DNA from: an uncultured Clostridia bacterium
GTDB lineage: Bacteria; Bacillota; Clostridia; Christensenellales; CAG-314
Assembly: GCA_947586855.1 (NCBI GenBank)
Contig: CANPXV010000006.1
Coordinates: forward strand, 14,982-78,981
Reading direction: 5' to 3'
DNA: 64,000 bases
Below, piece after piece: positions 46,271 through 57,163 of this stretch. A model generated the notes under the pieces. It saw nothing but the letters and a program-made list of their open reading frames with translations. It was not told the DNA's origin and did no database searches. Position 1 is the stretch's first letter; each line of letters opens with the position of its first letter. The position numbers and the translations under genes are program-made.

Positions 46271-48616
46271 ATGTTAGATAACAAATACGGATACTTTTCT
46301 CCCGACGGAAAGGAATTCGTGATCACCAACCCCTACACACCCAGACCCTGGATCAACGTCATCAGCAACGGTGACTATTCTATGATGGTGTCGCAGATGG
46401 GCGGTGGATTCTCATTCAGAGGCAACGCCGAGCAAAACAGGATAACTCGGCTGTATCAGGATATAGTAAAGGACAATTGGGGCAAGTACTTCTACCTGCG
46501 GGACAAGCAAAGCGGCCGGTTTTGGAGCGCCGCACTCAATCCCGTCAAAAGCAATTGCGACGGCTACACGGTGCGTCACGGCTTGGGCTACTCTGCATTT
46601 GTGCGCACCTCCGAGGGTATCGAGAGCACCCTCACGGTGTTTGTGGCCCGCAACAAGCCTATGGAGTACGCCCTGCTCACCCTCAAAAACCTCACGGACA
46701 GGCCTCGCTCGTTGGATGTGACGGGATATTTCGAGTGGGCGTTGGGCATTGCCTACGACACCCACAGGGAGTTTCAGCGTCTGTTCTACGACGTGCGCTA
46801 CGACAAATCTCTGCATGCGGTGGTGGCCAACAAGTGCCTTTGGGGCTTTGCCGACAGCAAGGGCCGCTACAACAACGACGACTATCCCTACACGGCGTTT
46901 TTTGCCGCCTCCGACGAGCCGAGCTCCTTCGACACGGATAAGGAAAGCTTTATCGGCATGTATCGTGACGAGGCCGACCCATTGGCAATGCAAAGCGACA
47001 AATTGGCTTGTAACTCGGGCAGATACGGCGACCCGATAGCGGCATTGCGCATCGAGGTTGAGCTGCCCGCAAATGGCAGCCACACGATGTGCTTTGCATT
47101 GGGACTTGCGCAAAAGCAGACGGAGGACTATCGCAGTCTGGCCGCATGTGCGCAGGTGGAGCAAGCCCGTGCGGAGCTGCAAGCGGTGCAGGACTATTGG
47201 ACGGAGCTGTGCGACAAAGAGCATGTCAGCTCTCCCGACCCCGCATTTGACGTGATGACCAACTATTGGTGCAAATATCAGGCGCTATCCTGCCGCATGT
47301 GGGCCAAGGCGGCCTACTACCAGATAAGCGGCGGTATCGGCTTCCGCGATCAGTTGCAGGACAGCCTTGTCTGCCTCGAAACGGATCCGCAGCTCACCGA
47401 GCGTCAGATATTGTTGCACGCCACCAAGCAATTCCGTCAGGGCGACGTGCTGCATTGGTGGCTCACCTACAACGGCGCAGGCCCCCGCACCAGCTGTTCG
47501 GACGACTTTTTGTGGTTGCCCTTTGCCGTACTTTGCTATATGGAAGAGGTCGGCAACCGCAACATACTGAATCAACAGGCGACTTGGTTGGACGGCGGCA
47601 GCGGCACCATCTACGAGCACTGCAAGGCTGCGATCAATCACAGCCTGTCCATGTTCAGCGACAGGGGCATACCCCTGATGGGCGCCCACGATTGGAACGA
47701 CGGATTGTCCGCAGTGGGGCACGGCATGAAGGGCGAAAGTTTTTGGGTGGCGGAGTTTTTGTACTACATCATCACCCGCTTTGCCACCGTGGCAGAGCAA
47801 ACCGACGACGCCCCCTTTGCCGAGCTGTTACGTGTCAGGGCGGCGCAACTCAAAAAAGATTTCAACAAACACGGTTGGGACGGAGAGTGGTTTTTGCAGG
47901 CCACCAACGATCTGGGCGAAAAATTGGGCAGCAAGGATAACGCCGAGGGCAAGATCTTCCTCAATCCGCAGCTGTGGGCGGTGATAAGCGACATCACCAC
48001 GGCAGAACGCAAGCAAAAGGCCATGCAGTCGGTGGAAAAATACCTGCTGAAAGAGCACGGCGCATTGTTGCTTGCGCCGGAATATTGCTCTCCCAATTGC
48101 GAGGTGGGCTACATCACCCGCTACGCCCCCGGTTTGAGAGAAAACGGCGGCGTCTACACCCATGCGGCCACCTGGGCGGTGTGGGCAGAGGCACTTATGG
48201 GGCGTCCCGAGCTGGCCTACAAGGCATATAGCGGCATTTGTCCGCCCAACAGGGGCAAGGATGTGGACAGCTTCAAATCCGAGCCGTACGTGTTGCCGGG
48301 CAACAGCGACGGGCCCATCTCTCCCTATTTCGGCAAGGGCGGTTGGAGCTGGTACTCCGGCTCGGCGCAGTGGCTGCACAGGGTGGCCGTCAATTGGATA
48401 CTCGGCGTGCGTGCCACCTTTGAAGGGTTGGTGGTGGAGCCGTGCATTCCGTCGGATTGGCAGGGCTACGACTACAAGCGCAGCTTCCGCAATGCCGTGT
48501 ACAACATTTCGGTGCGGCGTACGGGTAAAAAACAGCTTGTCGTGGACGGAAAGATCTGCAACCGCATACCCGACTTTGGTCAGGGCGAACACAAAGTTGA
48601 ATTGGAAATAGAGTAA
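46271..48616 (+). CDS. GH94 glycoside phosphorylase, probably acting on beta-1,2-gluco-oligosaccharides
   Basis: 'PRPWINVISN', 'YYQISGGIGFRDQLQD', 'GDVLHWW', 'SDDFLWLP', 'DWNDG', 'RENGGVYTH', 'GWSWYSGSA'. Confidence 0.88.
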   Translation: MLDNKYGYFSPDGKEFVITNPYTPRPWINVISNGDYSMMVSQMGGGFSFRGNAEQNRITRLYQDIVKDNWGKYFYLRDKQSGRFWSAALNPVKSNCDGYTVRHGLGYSAFVRTSEGIESTLTVFVARNKPMEYALLTLKNLTDRPRSLDVTGYFEWALGIAYDTHREFQRLFYDVRYDKSLHAVVANKCLWGFADSKGRYNNDDYPYTAFFAASDEPSSFDTDKESFIGMYRDEADPLAMQSDKLACNSGRYGDPIAALRIEVELPANGSHTMCFALGLAQKQTEDYRSLAACAQVEQARAELQAVQDYWTELCDKEHVSSPDPAFDVMTNYWCKYQALSCRMWAKAAYYQISGGIGFRDQLQDSLVCLETDPQLTERQILLHATKQFRQGDVLHWWLTYNGAGPRTSCSDDFLWLPFAVLCYMEEVGNRNILNQQATWLDGGSGTIYEHCKAAINHSLSMFSDRGIPLMGAHDWNDGLSAVGHGMKGESFWVAEFLYYIITRFATVAEQTDDAPFAELLRVRAAQLKKDFNKHGWDGEWFLQATNDLGEKLGSKDNAEGKIFLNPQLWAVISDITTAERKQKAMQSVEKYLLKEHGALLLAPEYCSPNCEVGYITRYAPGLRENGGVYTHAATWAVWAEALMGRPELAYKAYSGICPPNRGKDVDSFKSEPYVLPGNSDGPISPYFGKGGWSWYSGSAQWLHRVAVNWILGVRATFEGLVVEPCIPSDWQGYDYKRSFRNAVYNISVRRTGKKQLVVDGKICNRIPDFGQGEHKVELEIE

Positions 48617-48648
48617 CACGCAAATAACAATCAAAACAGGAGGACCAC

Positions 48649-50127
48649 ATGAAAAAGTTAGCTATTGTATTGACGCTGGTGTTGGTGCTTGCCGCCGCAG
48701 TTACAGCGTTTGCTGCTTGCAAAAACGATTACGACCTCATCTACGACTGCTGGAATCTCGGCACCGATGCGGAGCCCACGGTCGAGGAGTACATGATCCA
48801 AGCCTTCGAGGAGGCGCACAACGTAAGGATCATGCGCCGCAACCACCCGGGAAGCAGCTACGGCGACGCTATCAAATCCACGATAGGCAGAGGCGAAGCC
48901 CCCGATGTGTTTATGATAGACAGCATCAACTATGTGCTGTCCAATCAATATGGTCTGGACATCACAGAGTATGCCGCAAACGATGAGGATTGGAAAAACA
49001 TCCCCGCCGCATTGGAAGAATCCGCCCACTACAAGAGCGGTATCTATGCAGTCCCCTTTGCCATGCACATGGAAGGTTTCTTTGTGAACGTCGATCTTCT
49101 CAAAAAGAATAACGTCACTTCTCCCACCAAAGGTTCCAGCCTTCCCTATCCCACCAAAGCTTCCGACTTTACCTACGAGTGGTTCAAAGAGGCCATCTCC
49201 AAGGTGACGATGGCCGACCCCGCAACAAATCAGAAAGCCAAGGGATTGCTTTCCGAATCGGAATTTATGGATTGGTACCCCTCCGCCGTCAACAGCGACT
49301 ACGGTATGTTTACCTGGGACGGCAGCAAGTACAATCTGGACTCGCCCGAATTTGCCGAGGCTTTGGCCCAGACGGCGGATATCAGGGCCAAGGGCTACTC
49401 CTACGATTCGCTCAGCGCCGAAGAGCGCCAGGCCGACTTTGGCGGGGTGGATCCAGTTGACGCCTTCAACCAAGGCAAGGTGGCCTTCCGCTACGGCAAG
49501 AGCTACGAAGCCCCCGACATGTTCCAAAAATCCGGCGGTAACTTCGAAATTGTGTTTTTGGGTATCCCATATGTCCAAAATTCCACTTCCGATCACAAGC
49601 GTACGGAAAGCTTTTCGATAATGATACCCGACTATACAGCCGTCTACAAGGAAACCAAAAATCCCGAATTGGCCTTTGAATTTGCCAAGTGGATGGGTTA
49701 CAGCCCCGAAGGCATCCAAAAGCGTATCGAGCTGGCCCAGGACGCCAAAGACCTTGCAAACCAAGTGCCCAACACGCTGCCCATGACCACGGACGAAAGC
49801 GCTATCGAAAAGTACTTTGCCATCTATCCTGTCAAAGGCGTGGAGAAAATGTACGAAAATCTGGACAAGTTGATCATGGAACCCACCAAGGTGGTCCCCG
49901 GCTACACAGGTTCCAGATGGAACGCCGTTACCAAGCTGGAAATCAAAGTTATGGAAGACAACGAACTCAAAACCAAGCAGAACGCCAAGATAGGTGAATT
50001 TTTGGACGCTTGCTGGAACGGCTACGGCGATGTGGACTTTACCCCCGAGCGTGCAGCAAGCTGCAACAATCTGGCCAACCAGCAGTACGCCAATATGGTT
50101 GCCAAATACGAGGAACTTTACCATTAA
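48649..50127 (+). CDS. carbohydrate ABC solute-binding lipoprotein (family 1)
   Basis: Lipobox AFAAC; 'GEAPDVF', 'IYAVPF', 'KNPELAFEFAKWM'. Confidence 0.88.
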   Translation: MKKLAIVLTLVLVLAAAVTAFAACKNDYDLIYDCWNLGTDAEPTVEEYMIQAFEEAHNVRIMRRNHPGSSYGDAIKSTIGRGEAPDVFMIDSINYVLSNQYGLDITEYAANDEDWKNIPAALEESAHYKSGIYAVPFAMHMEGFFVNVDLLKKNNVTSPTKGSSLPYPTKASDFTYEWFKEAISKVTMADPATNQKAKGLLSESEFMDWYPSAVNSDYGMFTWDGSKYNLDSPEFAEALAQTADIRAKGYSYDSLSAEERQADFGGVDPVDAFNQGKVAFRYGKSYEAPDMFQKSGGNFEIVFLGIPYVQNSTSDHKRTESFSIMIPDYTAVYKETKNPELAFEFAKWMGYSPEGIQKRIELAQDAKDLANQVPNTLPMTTDESAIEKYFAIYPVKGVEKMYENLDKLIMEPTKVVPGYTGSRWNAVTKLEIKVMEDNELKTKQNAKIGEFLDACWNGYGDVDFTPERAASCNNLANQQYANMVAKYEELYH

Positions 50128-50230
50128 AAAACGTCGATAGAGTCGTAAAAAATGCTTACGGCTCTATCTGTCCCGTTGCGGAGACGCCGCAACAAGTGCG
50201 CACCGCACTAAAAAATCCAAGGAAAACGTT

Positions 50231-53185
50231 ATGAAAAAAGCATTAGTCGTAGTATTCGCTTTGATATTGACGCTTGCAACCGTCTGTTTGGCGGGCTGCA
50301 AGGGCGAGGTATACGATTTTTCCATTGCAAGCACGGGCTTCGACGACGTGGAGCAGTCCGCCTCTGCCGACACAAACAAGCAGCTTGTGTTGGATGAGGC
50401 CCATTCGGATGCGCATTGGGTGACCGAGCCGGAAAATCTTCACGGCCGCAACGACAGAGCGTTGTCCCTCCAAGAGGGCGAAAGCGTCACCTTTACCGTC
50501 ACATTGGACGCCGCCGACAAGCTGGCTTTCTATGCCGAGTGGTACATCGAGCACACGGGCCTGTCCGACAGCGAAGTGGAGATCGTCATCAACGAGCAGG
50601 ACAAGATCCAAGCGGCGGGCAGTGCGGCAAACGTTCAGCCCGACTCGGCCCGTTCCAGCCTCAAAGCCCTGTGGCGCAACAAGACGGAAACTTTCAGCAA
50701 GGATAGCTACGGCAACGAGATCGTGCCCTCGCAGGTCAAGATCGACGAGTGGATCAGCGGCCCCCTGTACGAGTACGACGCTCTCACGGCCATTGCGCCC
50801 GTGTATCAATTCAAAGAGGGCGTCAACACCGTCAAGTTTACCGTCATCACAGCGGGAGAGTTGCTGTTGGGCGATGTCTGGGTGCGTTCGGAACAGCTTC
50901 CGCCAACCTACGAGGACTATTCCAAACAGAACACCAATATGGGCAGCGGCAGATACACGGTAGAGGCCGAGCATGTGGAGAGCAAAAACACCACATCTGT
51001 TGTGCCTACCTACTCCGCAGATGTCAACGTCACCCCCTACGAGACGTACGTTTCGCCGCTGAACACCATGCAGGGCATGAGCTCGCCCACGCATACGCTC
51101 ACCTACAAGGTAAAGGTGGATACGACGGGCGTGTACAACATTGCGTTCAACTACAACAACGAAAACGCCAACCGTGTTACCTTTGCCAAGATAGAGATAG
51201 ACGGCAAAACGCAGTTCAGAGAGCTGCTGCGCTATCCCTTTGTCAACGGCGACGACTACGTTGTGGAAACGCTCAGCGACCAAGTCACGGGGGAGCCCTA
51301 CGGTATCCGTCTGGAAGCGGGCGAGCACCTGATTTCCATCAAAATTGACGGCAGCATGACCGCCAAGTACACCACAGAGCTGTCCCAATCGATAGACGAC
51401 CTCAACGGTATCTACCTCAACCTCAAAAAGATAGCGGGTACCATCCAGGATAAGGACAGAGAGTGGGTGCCCGACAACGACTACCCCGGTGTGGTGGAAA
51501 AGTTGCAGGAAATAAGCGACCAGCTGTATCGGCTCAGCGAAGAGCTGCGCAACGTCAACGGCTCCGAAAACGTCAACTATCAGGCCATCATCTACTTTGA
51601 GGCGGCCATCAACGCCATCGAGGGTCTGTTGGAGAAGCCTCAGGCCATCGCCAACAACTACGCCCAGCTAAGCGAAGGCAGCGGCTCCATCGTGCAGACG
51701 TTGGCCAACGCCCGCACGGACATCGAAACGACGCCGCTCAATCTGGACAAATTGGTGGTGTATGCCGACGGCGACACGGGCATCGAGCACAAGAGCGGTT
51801 TCTTCGGCTTTTGGGAGGGCGTCAAAAAGTTCTTCCGCAGCTTTGTCACCGACTACTCCATTGTCAGCGCCGACGACCAGACGATAGAAGTGTGGGTGGC
51901 TCGCAGCCGTCAATATGTCGATTTGATGCAGCAATTGATAGACGGCAGCGACTTTACGCAGCAGACGGGCTACAAGGTGCGCTTCTCCATACTTGCCGAC
52001 GAGGGCAAGCTGATACTGAGCAACGCCGCCAACATCGCCCCCAACGTCGTCATGGGTATATCCAACTGGCTGCCCTACGAAATGGGTATCAGAGATTTGA
52101 CGGTGGACCTCACTCAATTTGACAACTACGGCGAGATAATCAGCCGTTTCAGTCCCGGCGCAATGATCTCGCTTATCGCCGACGGCAGAGGCCTTGCCCT
52201 GCCCGAAACGCAGGACTTCTATGTCATGTACTTCCGCAAGGACGTGCTCGGCAGTCTGGGACTATATGACGGCACAATGGAATCGCTGCCGCAAACCTGG
52301 CAGGATGTGACGGAAATTTTGCCCGTGCTGCAACGTGCAGGCCTCAATTTCTACATTCCGCTGTCCAGCTCCACGTCCAGCAAATCCATCATGACCACGG
52401 CGCCCTTCATCTATCAGTACGGCGGCAATCTGTTCTCCGACGACGCCACCCGCACCACGATAGCGGACGAAACCAGCTTGAAGGCCGTCCAGCTGATGAC
52501 AGAGCTGTACACATTGTATGGCCTGCCCCAGCAGATAAGCAACTTCTTCGACAACTTCCGCAATGGCAGCCTGCCGATAGGCGTGTCCACATTTGACACC
52601 TACATTCGTCTGTCCATGGCCGCACCCGAGATTGCCGGCAAATGGGCAGTGGCACTTTCGCCGGGAGTGTACAACGAGGAGACGGGCGAGATCGCTCGTT
52701 GGCAAACGGGCAGCGCAACCTCTATGGCACTGTTCAAGAGCGGCGACGCCGCCAAGGACGAGGCCGGTTGGAAGCTGTTGGATTGGTGGTCCGGCAAGGA
52801 AACGCAACGAGACTTTATGCAGATGCTGACCATGCTGTACGGCAAGGCGTACATCTGGAACAGCGCCAATATCGAGGCGTTTGGCGAGTCGGTAGCCTTC
52901 TCCACCGCAGACAAAAACGTGATTTTGCAGCAGTGGCAGTGGATGAGAGAGATCCCCAAGGTGCCCGGCTGGTACATGTTGGAGAGAGAACTGAGCAACG
53001 CCTGGAACAACATCGTCATCAACGGCCAGAACACCCGTTCGGCAGTGGAGGACGCTGTGACCAAGATAGACAAGGAACTGATGCGCAAGCTGGAAGAATT
53101 TGGCTATGTGCAGGACGGCAAACTCGTCAAACCTTACAAACTTACCACGCTTGCCGATATCGAAGAACTAAAAAAGGGCAAGTGA
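50231..53185 (+). CDS. giant solute-binding lipoprotein (984 aa): CBM-like beta-sandwich domains, a helical region and an SBP domain
   Basis: Lipobox LAGC; 'YTVEAEH' CBM6/35-like start; C-terminal SBP motifs 'ALPETQDFYVMYFRKDVL' and 'PQTWQDV'. Confidence 0.82.
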   Translation: MKKALVVVFALILTLATVCLAGCKGEVYDFSIASTGFDDVEQSASADTNKQLVLDEAHSDAHWVTEPENLHGRNDRALSLQEGESVTFTVTLDAADKLAFYAEWYIEHTGLSDSEVEIVINEQDKIQAAGSAANVQPDSARSSLKALWRNKTETFSKDSYGNEIVPSQVKIDEWISGPLYEYDALTAIAPVYQFKEGVNTVKFTVITAGELLLGDVWVRSEQLPPTYEDYSKQNTNMGSGRYTVEAEHVESKNTTSVVPTYSADVNVTPYETYVSPLNTMQGMSSPTHTLTYKVKVDTTGVYNIAFNYNNENANRVTFAKIEIDGKTQFRELLRYPFVNGDDYVVETLSDQVTGEPYGIRLEAGEHLISIKIDGSMTAKYTTELSQSIDDLNGIYLNLKKIAGTIQDKDREWVPDNDYPGVVEKLQEISDQLYRLSEELRNVNGSENVNYQAIIYFEAAINAIEGLLEKPQAIANNYAQLSEGSGSIVQTLANARTDIETTPLNLDKLVVYADGDTGIEHKSGFFGFWEGVKKFFRSFVTDYSIVSADDQTIEVWVARSRQYVDLMQQLIDGSDFTQQTGYKVRFSILADEGKLILSNAANIAPNVVMGISNWLPYEMGIRDLTVDLTQFDNYGEIISRFSPGAMISLIADGRGLALPETQDFYVMYFRKDVLGSLGLYDGTMESLPQTWQDVTEILPVLQRAGLNFYIPLSSSTSSKSIMTTAPFIYQYGGNLFSDDATRTTIADETSLKAVQLMTELYTLYGLPQQISNFFDNFRNGSLPIGVSTFDTYIRLSMAAPEIAGKWAVALSPGVYNEETGEIARWQTGSATSMALFKSGDAAKDEAGWKLLDWWSGKETQRDFMQMLTMLYGKAYIWNSANIEAFGESVAFSTADKNVILQQWQWMREIPKVPGWYMLERELSNAWNNIVINGQNTRSAVEDAVTKIDKELMRKLEEFGYVQDGKLVKPYKLTTLADIEELKKGK

Positions 53186-53200
53186 TTTTGGGAGAAGACT

Positions 53201-54163
53201 ATGACAGAAATTACAGTCAAAAAAGAAAAGTCGATGCGGCTTCCTTCTCGGCAGGAGCTGAAAAAGAAGGGAATCGGCGGCAAGCGTAGCGGCTTTACAA
53301 CGGCGCTGCTGATAGCACCCTACATATTGTCGTTTGTGGTGTTTATCGTGCTGCCCGTTGTCATCGCCATAGGATTGTCCTTTACCGACTTCAACAGTAT
53401 CAGCTCGCCCCATTTTGTAGGCTTCGGTAACTACATTCGCCTGCTTACAAGCGACGAGGAATTCATGCAAAAGGTGCTGCCCAACACCATCAAGTTTGCA
53501 CTTATCGCAGGGCCGACGGGATACTTGCTTTCCTTCCTGCTGGCCTGGATGTTGGCGCAGATACCCAAGCTGCCCCGCACAATATTGGCCTTGCTGATCT
53601 ACTCGCCGTCGCTTACTGCGGGCGTGGCAATGCAAGTGGTGTGGACGACGATATTCTCCGGCGACCCAAACGGCTACCTCAACGCAATATTGTTGAAATG
53701 GGGTGTGATTTCCGAAGCGGTGCAATGGCTGCAAAGCGAAGAATACCTGATGACCATCATGATCATCGTCACAGTGTGGTCCAGCATGGGCGTGGGATTT
53801 TTGGCTATGCTGTCCGGCATACTCAACATCGACCCCGAGCTGTACGAGGCGGCCTATATGGACGGCATGAAAAACCGCGCGCAGGAGATATGGTACGTCA
53901 CGCTGCCCTCTATGAAGCCGCAATTGCTGTTTGGCGCAGTTATGGCGGTGGTCAACACGTTCCAAGCGGGCGCAATCGGCGTGCAGCTATCCGGCTCTAA
54001 CCCGACGCCCAACTATGCAGGTCAGTTGATGGTCAACCACATCGAGGACTACGGCTACATTCGCTACGAAATGGGCTATGCCGCAGCCGTCAGCGTGGTG
54101 CTGCTGTTGCTGATATACCTGCTGAGCAAGATTATCCGTGCTATCCTCACGGAAAAAGACTGA
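53201..54163 (+). CDS. carbohydrate ABC permease (MalF-like)
   Basis: 'FVGFGNY', 'LYEAAYMDG', 'RYEMGYAAA'. Confidence 0.9.
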   Translation: MTEITVKKEKSMRLPSRQELKKKGIGGKRSGFTTALLIAPYILSFVVFIVLPVVIAIGLSFTDFNSISSPHFVGFGNYIRLLTSDEEFMQKVLPNTIKFALIAGPTGYLLSFLLAWMLAQIPKLPRTILALLIYSPSLTAGVAMQVVWTTIFSGDPNGYLNAILLKWGVISEAVQWLQSEEYLMTIMIIVTVWSSMGVGFLAMLSGILNIDPELYEAAYMDGMKNRAQEIWYVTLPSMKPQLLFGAVMAVVNTFQAGAIGVQLSGSNPTPNYAGQLMVNHIEDYGYIRYEMGYAAAVSVVLLLLIYLLSKIIRAILTEKD

Positions 54164-54178
54164 TAGCGGAGGTACCCA

Positions 54179-55051
54179 ATGGCATCATTTCAAGGTAAAA
54201 AGATAAACCCAAAACACTTCCATGTCAGTCAGATAAAGTTCTACATTATTTTGCTGCCCTTTGCCGTGTTTATGGTGTTGCCGATAATCTACATATTTAC
54301 TACGGCATTCAAACCGGCAGACGAGTTGTTCAAGTTTCCTCCCAGCTTCTTCGTAAAAAATCCCACCTGGGATAACTACAAAGCGCTGTTCGAGTTGATG
54401 GCAGGTTCGTCCGTGCCGGCGTCCAGATATCTGTTCAACTCCGTCATTGTGACGGTGCTGACGGTGGTGATAAGCATCTTTTTGGCGGTTTCGGCAGGAT
54501 ATGTACTCAGCAAAAAGAACTTCAAGGGCCGCAACGTGCTGTTTGAGATAAACACTCTGGCGCTGATGTTTGTGCCTATCGCCGTGTCGATACCCCGCTT
54601 CATCATCATCGTCAATCTGGGCTTGGTGGACAGATTTGTAGCCAACATTCTGCCGATAATAGCCATGCCGATAGGCGTGTTTTTGCTGAAACAGTTTGTG
54701 GACCAGATCCCCGACCCCCTGATAGAGGCGGCCAAGATGGACGGCGCAGGCGAGTGGACGATATTGTTCAAGGTCATCATACCCATGGTGCGCCCCGCAA
54801 TCGCCACCGTTGCGATACTGTCCTTCCAATCGGCTTGGGGCAATGTAGAGGCGTCAACGCTGTATCTCAACAACGAAAGTCTCAAAACATTTGCCTACTA
54901 CATAACAACCTTTTCCTCCGGCGGTTCGTCCACTGTGACGCAAGGCATCACGGCGGCAAGTGCGTTGATCATGTTCCTGCCCAACCTCATCATATTCATT
55001 TGTATGCAGAGCAAGGTCATGGACACCATGGCGCACTCCGGTATCAAGTAA
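54179..55051 (+). CDS. carbohydrate ABC permease (MalG-like)
   Basis: 'AFKPADELF', 'YLFNS', 'LIEAAKMDGA'. Confidence 0.9.
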   Translation: MASFQGKKINPKHFHVSQIKFYIILLPFAVFMVLPIIYIFTTAFKPADELFKFPPSFFVKNPTWDNYKALFELMAGSSVPASRYLFNSVIVTVLTVVISIFLAVSAGYVLSKKNFKGRNVLFEINTLALMFVPIAVSIPRFIIIVNLGLVDRFVANILPIIAMPIGVFLLKQFVDQIPDPLIEAAKMDGAGEWTILFKVIIPMVRPAIATVAILSFQSAWGNVEASTLYLNNESLKTFAYYITTFSSGGSSTVTQGITAASALIMFLPNLIIFICMQSKVMDTMAHSGIK

Positions 55052-55096
55052 CCCACAAAGGCAAATTTACAAAAAGCAAGTTACGGAGGTTTCCTT

Positions 55097-57163
55097 GTGA
55101 AACGTTGGTATATAGTGATAGCAATCCTTGTTTTGGCCACGGTGACAGTGTTTGCCATGCCCTCGATTGCCTTTGCCGTACCCTATTCTACCGAGACGAT
55201 CGGCCCCGAGAGCAGCGTTGTGCCCACACAAACGGCCTACACGCCCACGGGTAAGATCGTGTTGCCCGCAGTCACGTCCAATAACGACAAAAAGGGCATG
55301 GACTTTGCAATAGAGGAGGCGGCAGACGTTGCAAACAGCAAGGTGTACATCGCCGACGCCAAGTCGGCATGCGTCACCGTGCTCAGCATGACGGGCGATC
55401 AGCTCGGCGTCATCGGCTCGGGCACGCTCAACACTCCCACAGGCGTGGCGCTGGACGACAAGTGGTTGTATGTCGCAGATTCAGGCAACAACAAAATTTA
55501 CATATTCGACAAAGCAGGCGAGTCGCAGGGCGAGATTTCCAAGCCCACCAACCCATTGGTCGGTGCCGACACGCCCTTTGTGCCTGCCAAGGTGACGGTG
55601 GACCGTCGAGGCAATCTGTATGTGGTAAGTACGGGCTGTTCCAGCGGGTTGATGCAGCTTAGCCTTGTCAGGGACGAAAACGGCGCTCTGCAAGGAGAAT
55701 TTGTGGGCTATGTGGGCGCAAACGAAACGCAGGCCACATTCCAATCCCTGTTGCAGGATCTGTTTTTCTCCGACGCACAGAAAAGCGACTTTTTGGCGGT
55801 GCCGCGTTCTCCCACGAACGTCGCCATCAACAGCCGAGGCCTGATATACACCGTCACAAACAATTCGCACAGCAACGCCGTCAAAAAGCTCAACACGCTG
55901 GGCAACGCTATCATGTCCCCCTCCGTCAACTACGCAAGGACGGTTGCAGTGAGCATTGACGACGCCGAAAACATCTTCTCGGTGGACAACGACGGCTACA
56001 TCACCGTGTTTGACAGCTACGGCGATTTGCTGTTCCGCTTCGGCGGCAAAGATTCCGAAGAGCGTCTGGGCAGTTTGTCCATTCCTGCGGCGATCGAAGT
56101 GCTCAGCGACGGCTCGATAGTGGTGCTGGACGAGGACTACCGTATGGCCACCGTGTATCAACGCACAGAGTTTGCCGAAAAGGTGTTCAAAGCGGTCAGC
56201 TACTACAAGGATGGCCTTTATCTGGAAGGCGAAAACGATTGGAAAGATATCCTGCGCCTCAACAGCAGTTTCATCGTATCCTACAAGGCGCTTGCCCGTG
56301 CCAGCATGAAGCGGGGCGACTACGAGACGGCGCTCAGACAGTTCAAGCTGGCGGAGGACAAGGACGGCTACTCCGAGGCCTATTGGGAGATCCGCAACGA
56401 TTGGTTGCAGGATAACGTAGGTTGGATAGTGGCAGTCATTCTGGTGCTGGTGGTGTTGGTGGTGGTGTGGAAGATCATCGACAAAAAGAAGCCGAAATTG
56501 CTGGCTCCCGTCAAGGCGGGCGTGAGCAAAGTTACCAACGTGCGCATCGTGAGAGAGCTGCTCTTCACCAAAAACTACTTCAAATCCGCCCCCGACGCCG
56601 TGTATCAGACCAAGTATCACGAGGCAACAAGCGTTTGGTCGGCATTGATACTGTACGTGTGGTTTGTGGTGTTGCAGCTGCTGGATGTGCTGGTGACGGG
56701 CTACCTGTTCAACAGCAACAGCGTCTACAACAGCAATGCGCTGCGCATTGTGCTCACATCTACGGCCGTGCTGTTTGCGTTGGTGTTGTGCAACTACTTT
56801 GTCAGCACCGTATCGGACGGCGAAGGCAAACTCAAACACTGCTTCATATCCTTCATATATGCGCTGGCGCCCTATCTGATATTGGCGCTGCCCATGTTTG
56901 TGATAAGCAGATTCCTCACCTACAACGAGCAGATCATCTACGATTTGCTGATGGTCATTATCTACGGTTGGAGTGCAGTGTGCATTTTCCGCACGATAAT
57001 GGAGCTGCACGACTACACTTTCTGGCAGGCTGTCAAGAACATAATTTTGACATTGTTTGCCTTTGTCATGGCAATACTGTTTGTCATTGTACTGCGCATG
57101 TTGGTAACCCAATTCTTCGGTTACTTTGCGTCACTGTTCAGGGAGATGTTCACCCATGCTTAA
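55097..57163 (+). CDS. NHL beta-propeller + TPR + YIP1-like membrane domain protein
   Basis: Signal peptide; NHL repeats ('LNTPTGVALD..LYVADSGNNKIYIFD'); TPR-like helices; C-terminal multi-TM region 'DGEGKLK...YALAP'. Confidence 0.8.
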   Translation: MKRWYIVIAILVLATVTVFAMPSIAFAVPYSTETIGPESSVVPTQTAYTPTGKIVLPAVTSNNDKKGMDFAIEEAADVANSKVYIADAKSACVTVLSMTGDQLGVIGSGTLNTPTGVALDDKWLYVADSGNNKIYIFDKAGESQGEISKPTNPLVGADTPFVPAKVTVDRRGNLYVVSTGCSSGLMQLSLVRDENGALQGEFVGYVGANETQATFQSLLQDLFFSDAQKSDFLAVPRSPTNVAINSRGLIYTVTNNSHSNAVKKLNTLGNAIMSPSVNYARTVAVSIDDAENIFSVDNDGYITVFDSYGDLLFRFGGKDSEERLGSLSIPAAIEVLSDGSIVVLDEDYRMATVYQRTEFAEKVFKAVSYYKDGLYLEGENDWKDILRLNSSFIVSYKALARASMKRGDYETALRQFKLAEDKDGYSEAYWEIRNDWLQDNVGWIVAVILVLVVLVVVWKIIDKKKPKLLAPVKAGVSKVTNVRIVRELLFTKNYFKSAPDAVYQTKYHEATSVWSALILYVWFVVLQLLDVLVTGYLFNSNSVYNSNALRIVLTSTAVLFALVLCNYFVSTVSDGEGKLKHCFISFIYALAPYLILALPMFVISRFLTYNEQIIYDLLMVIIYGWSAVCIFRTIMELHDYTFWQAVKNIILTLFAFVMAILFVIVLRMLVTQFFGYFASLFREMFTHA

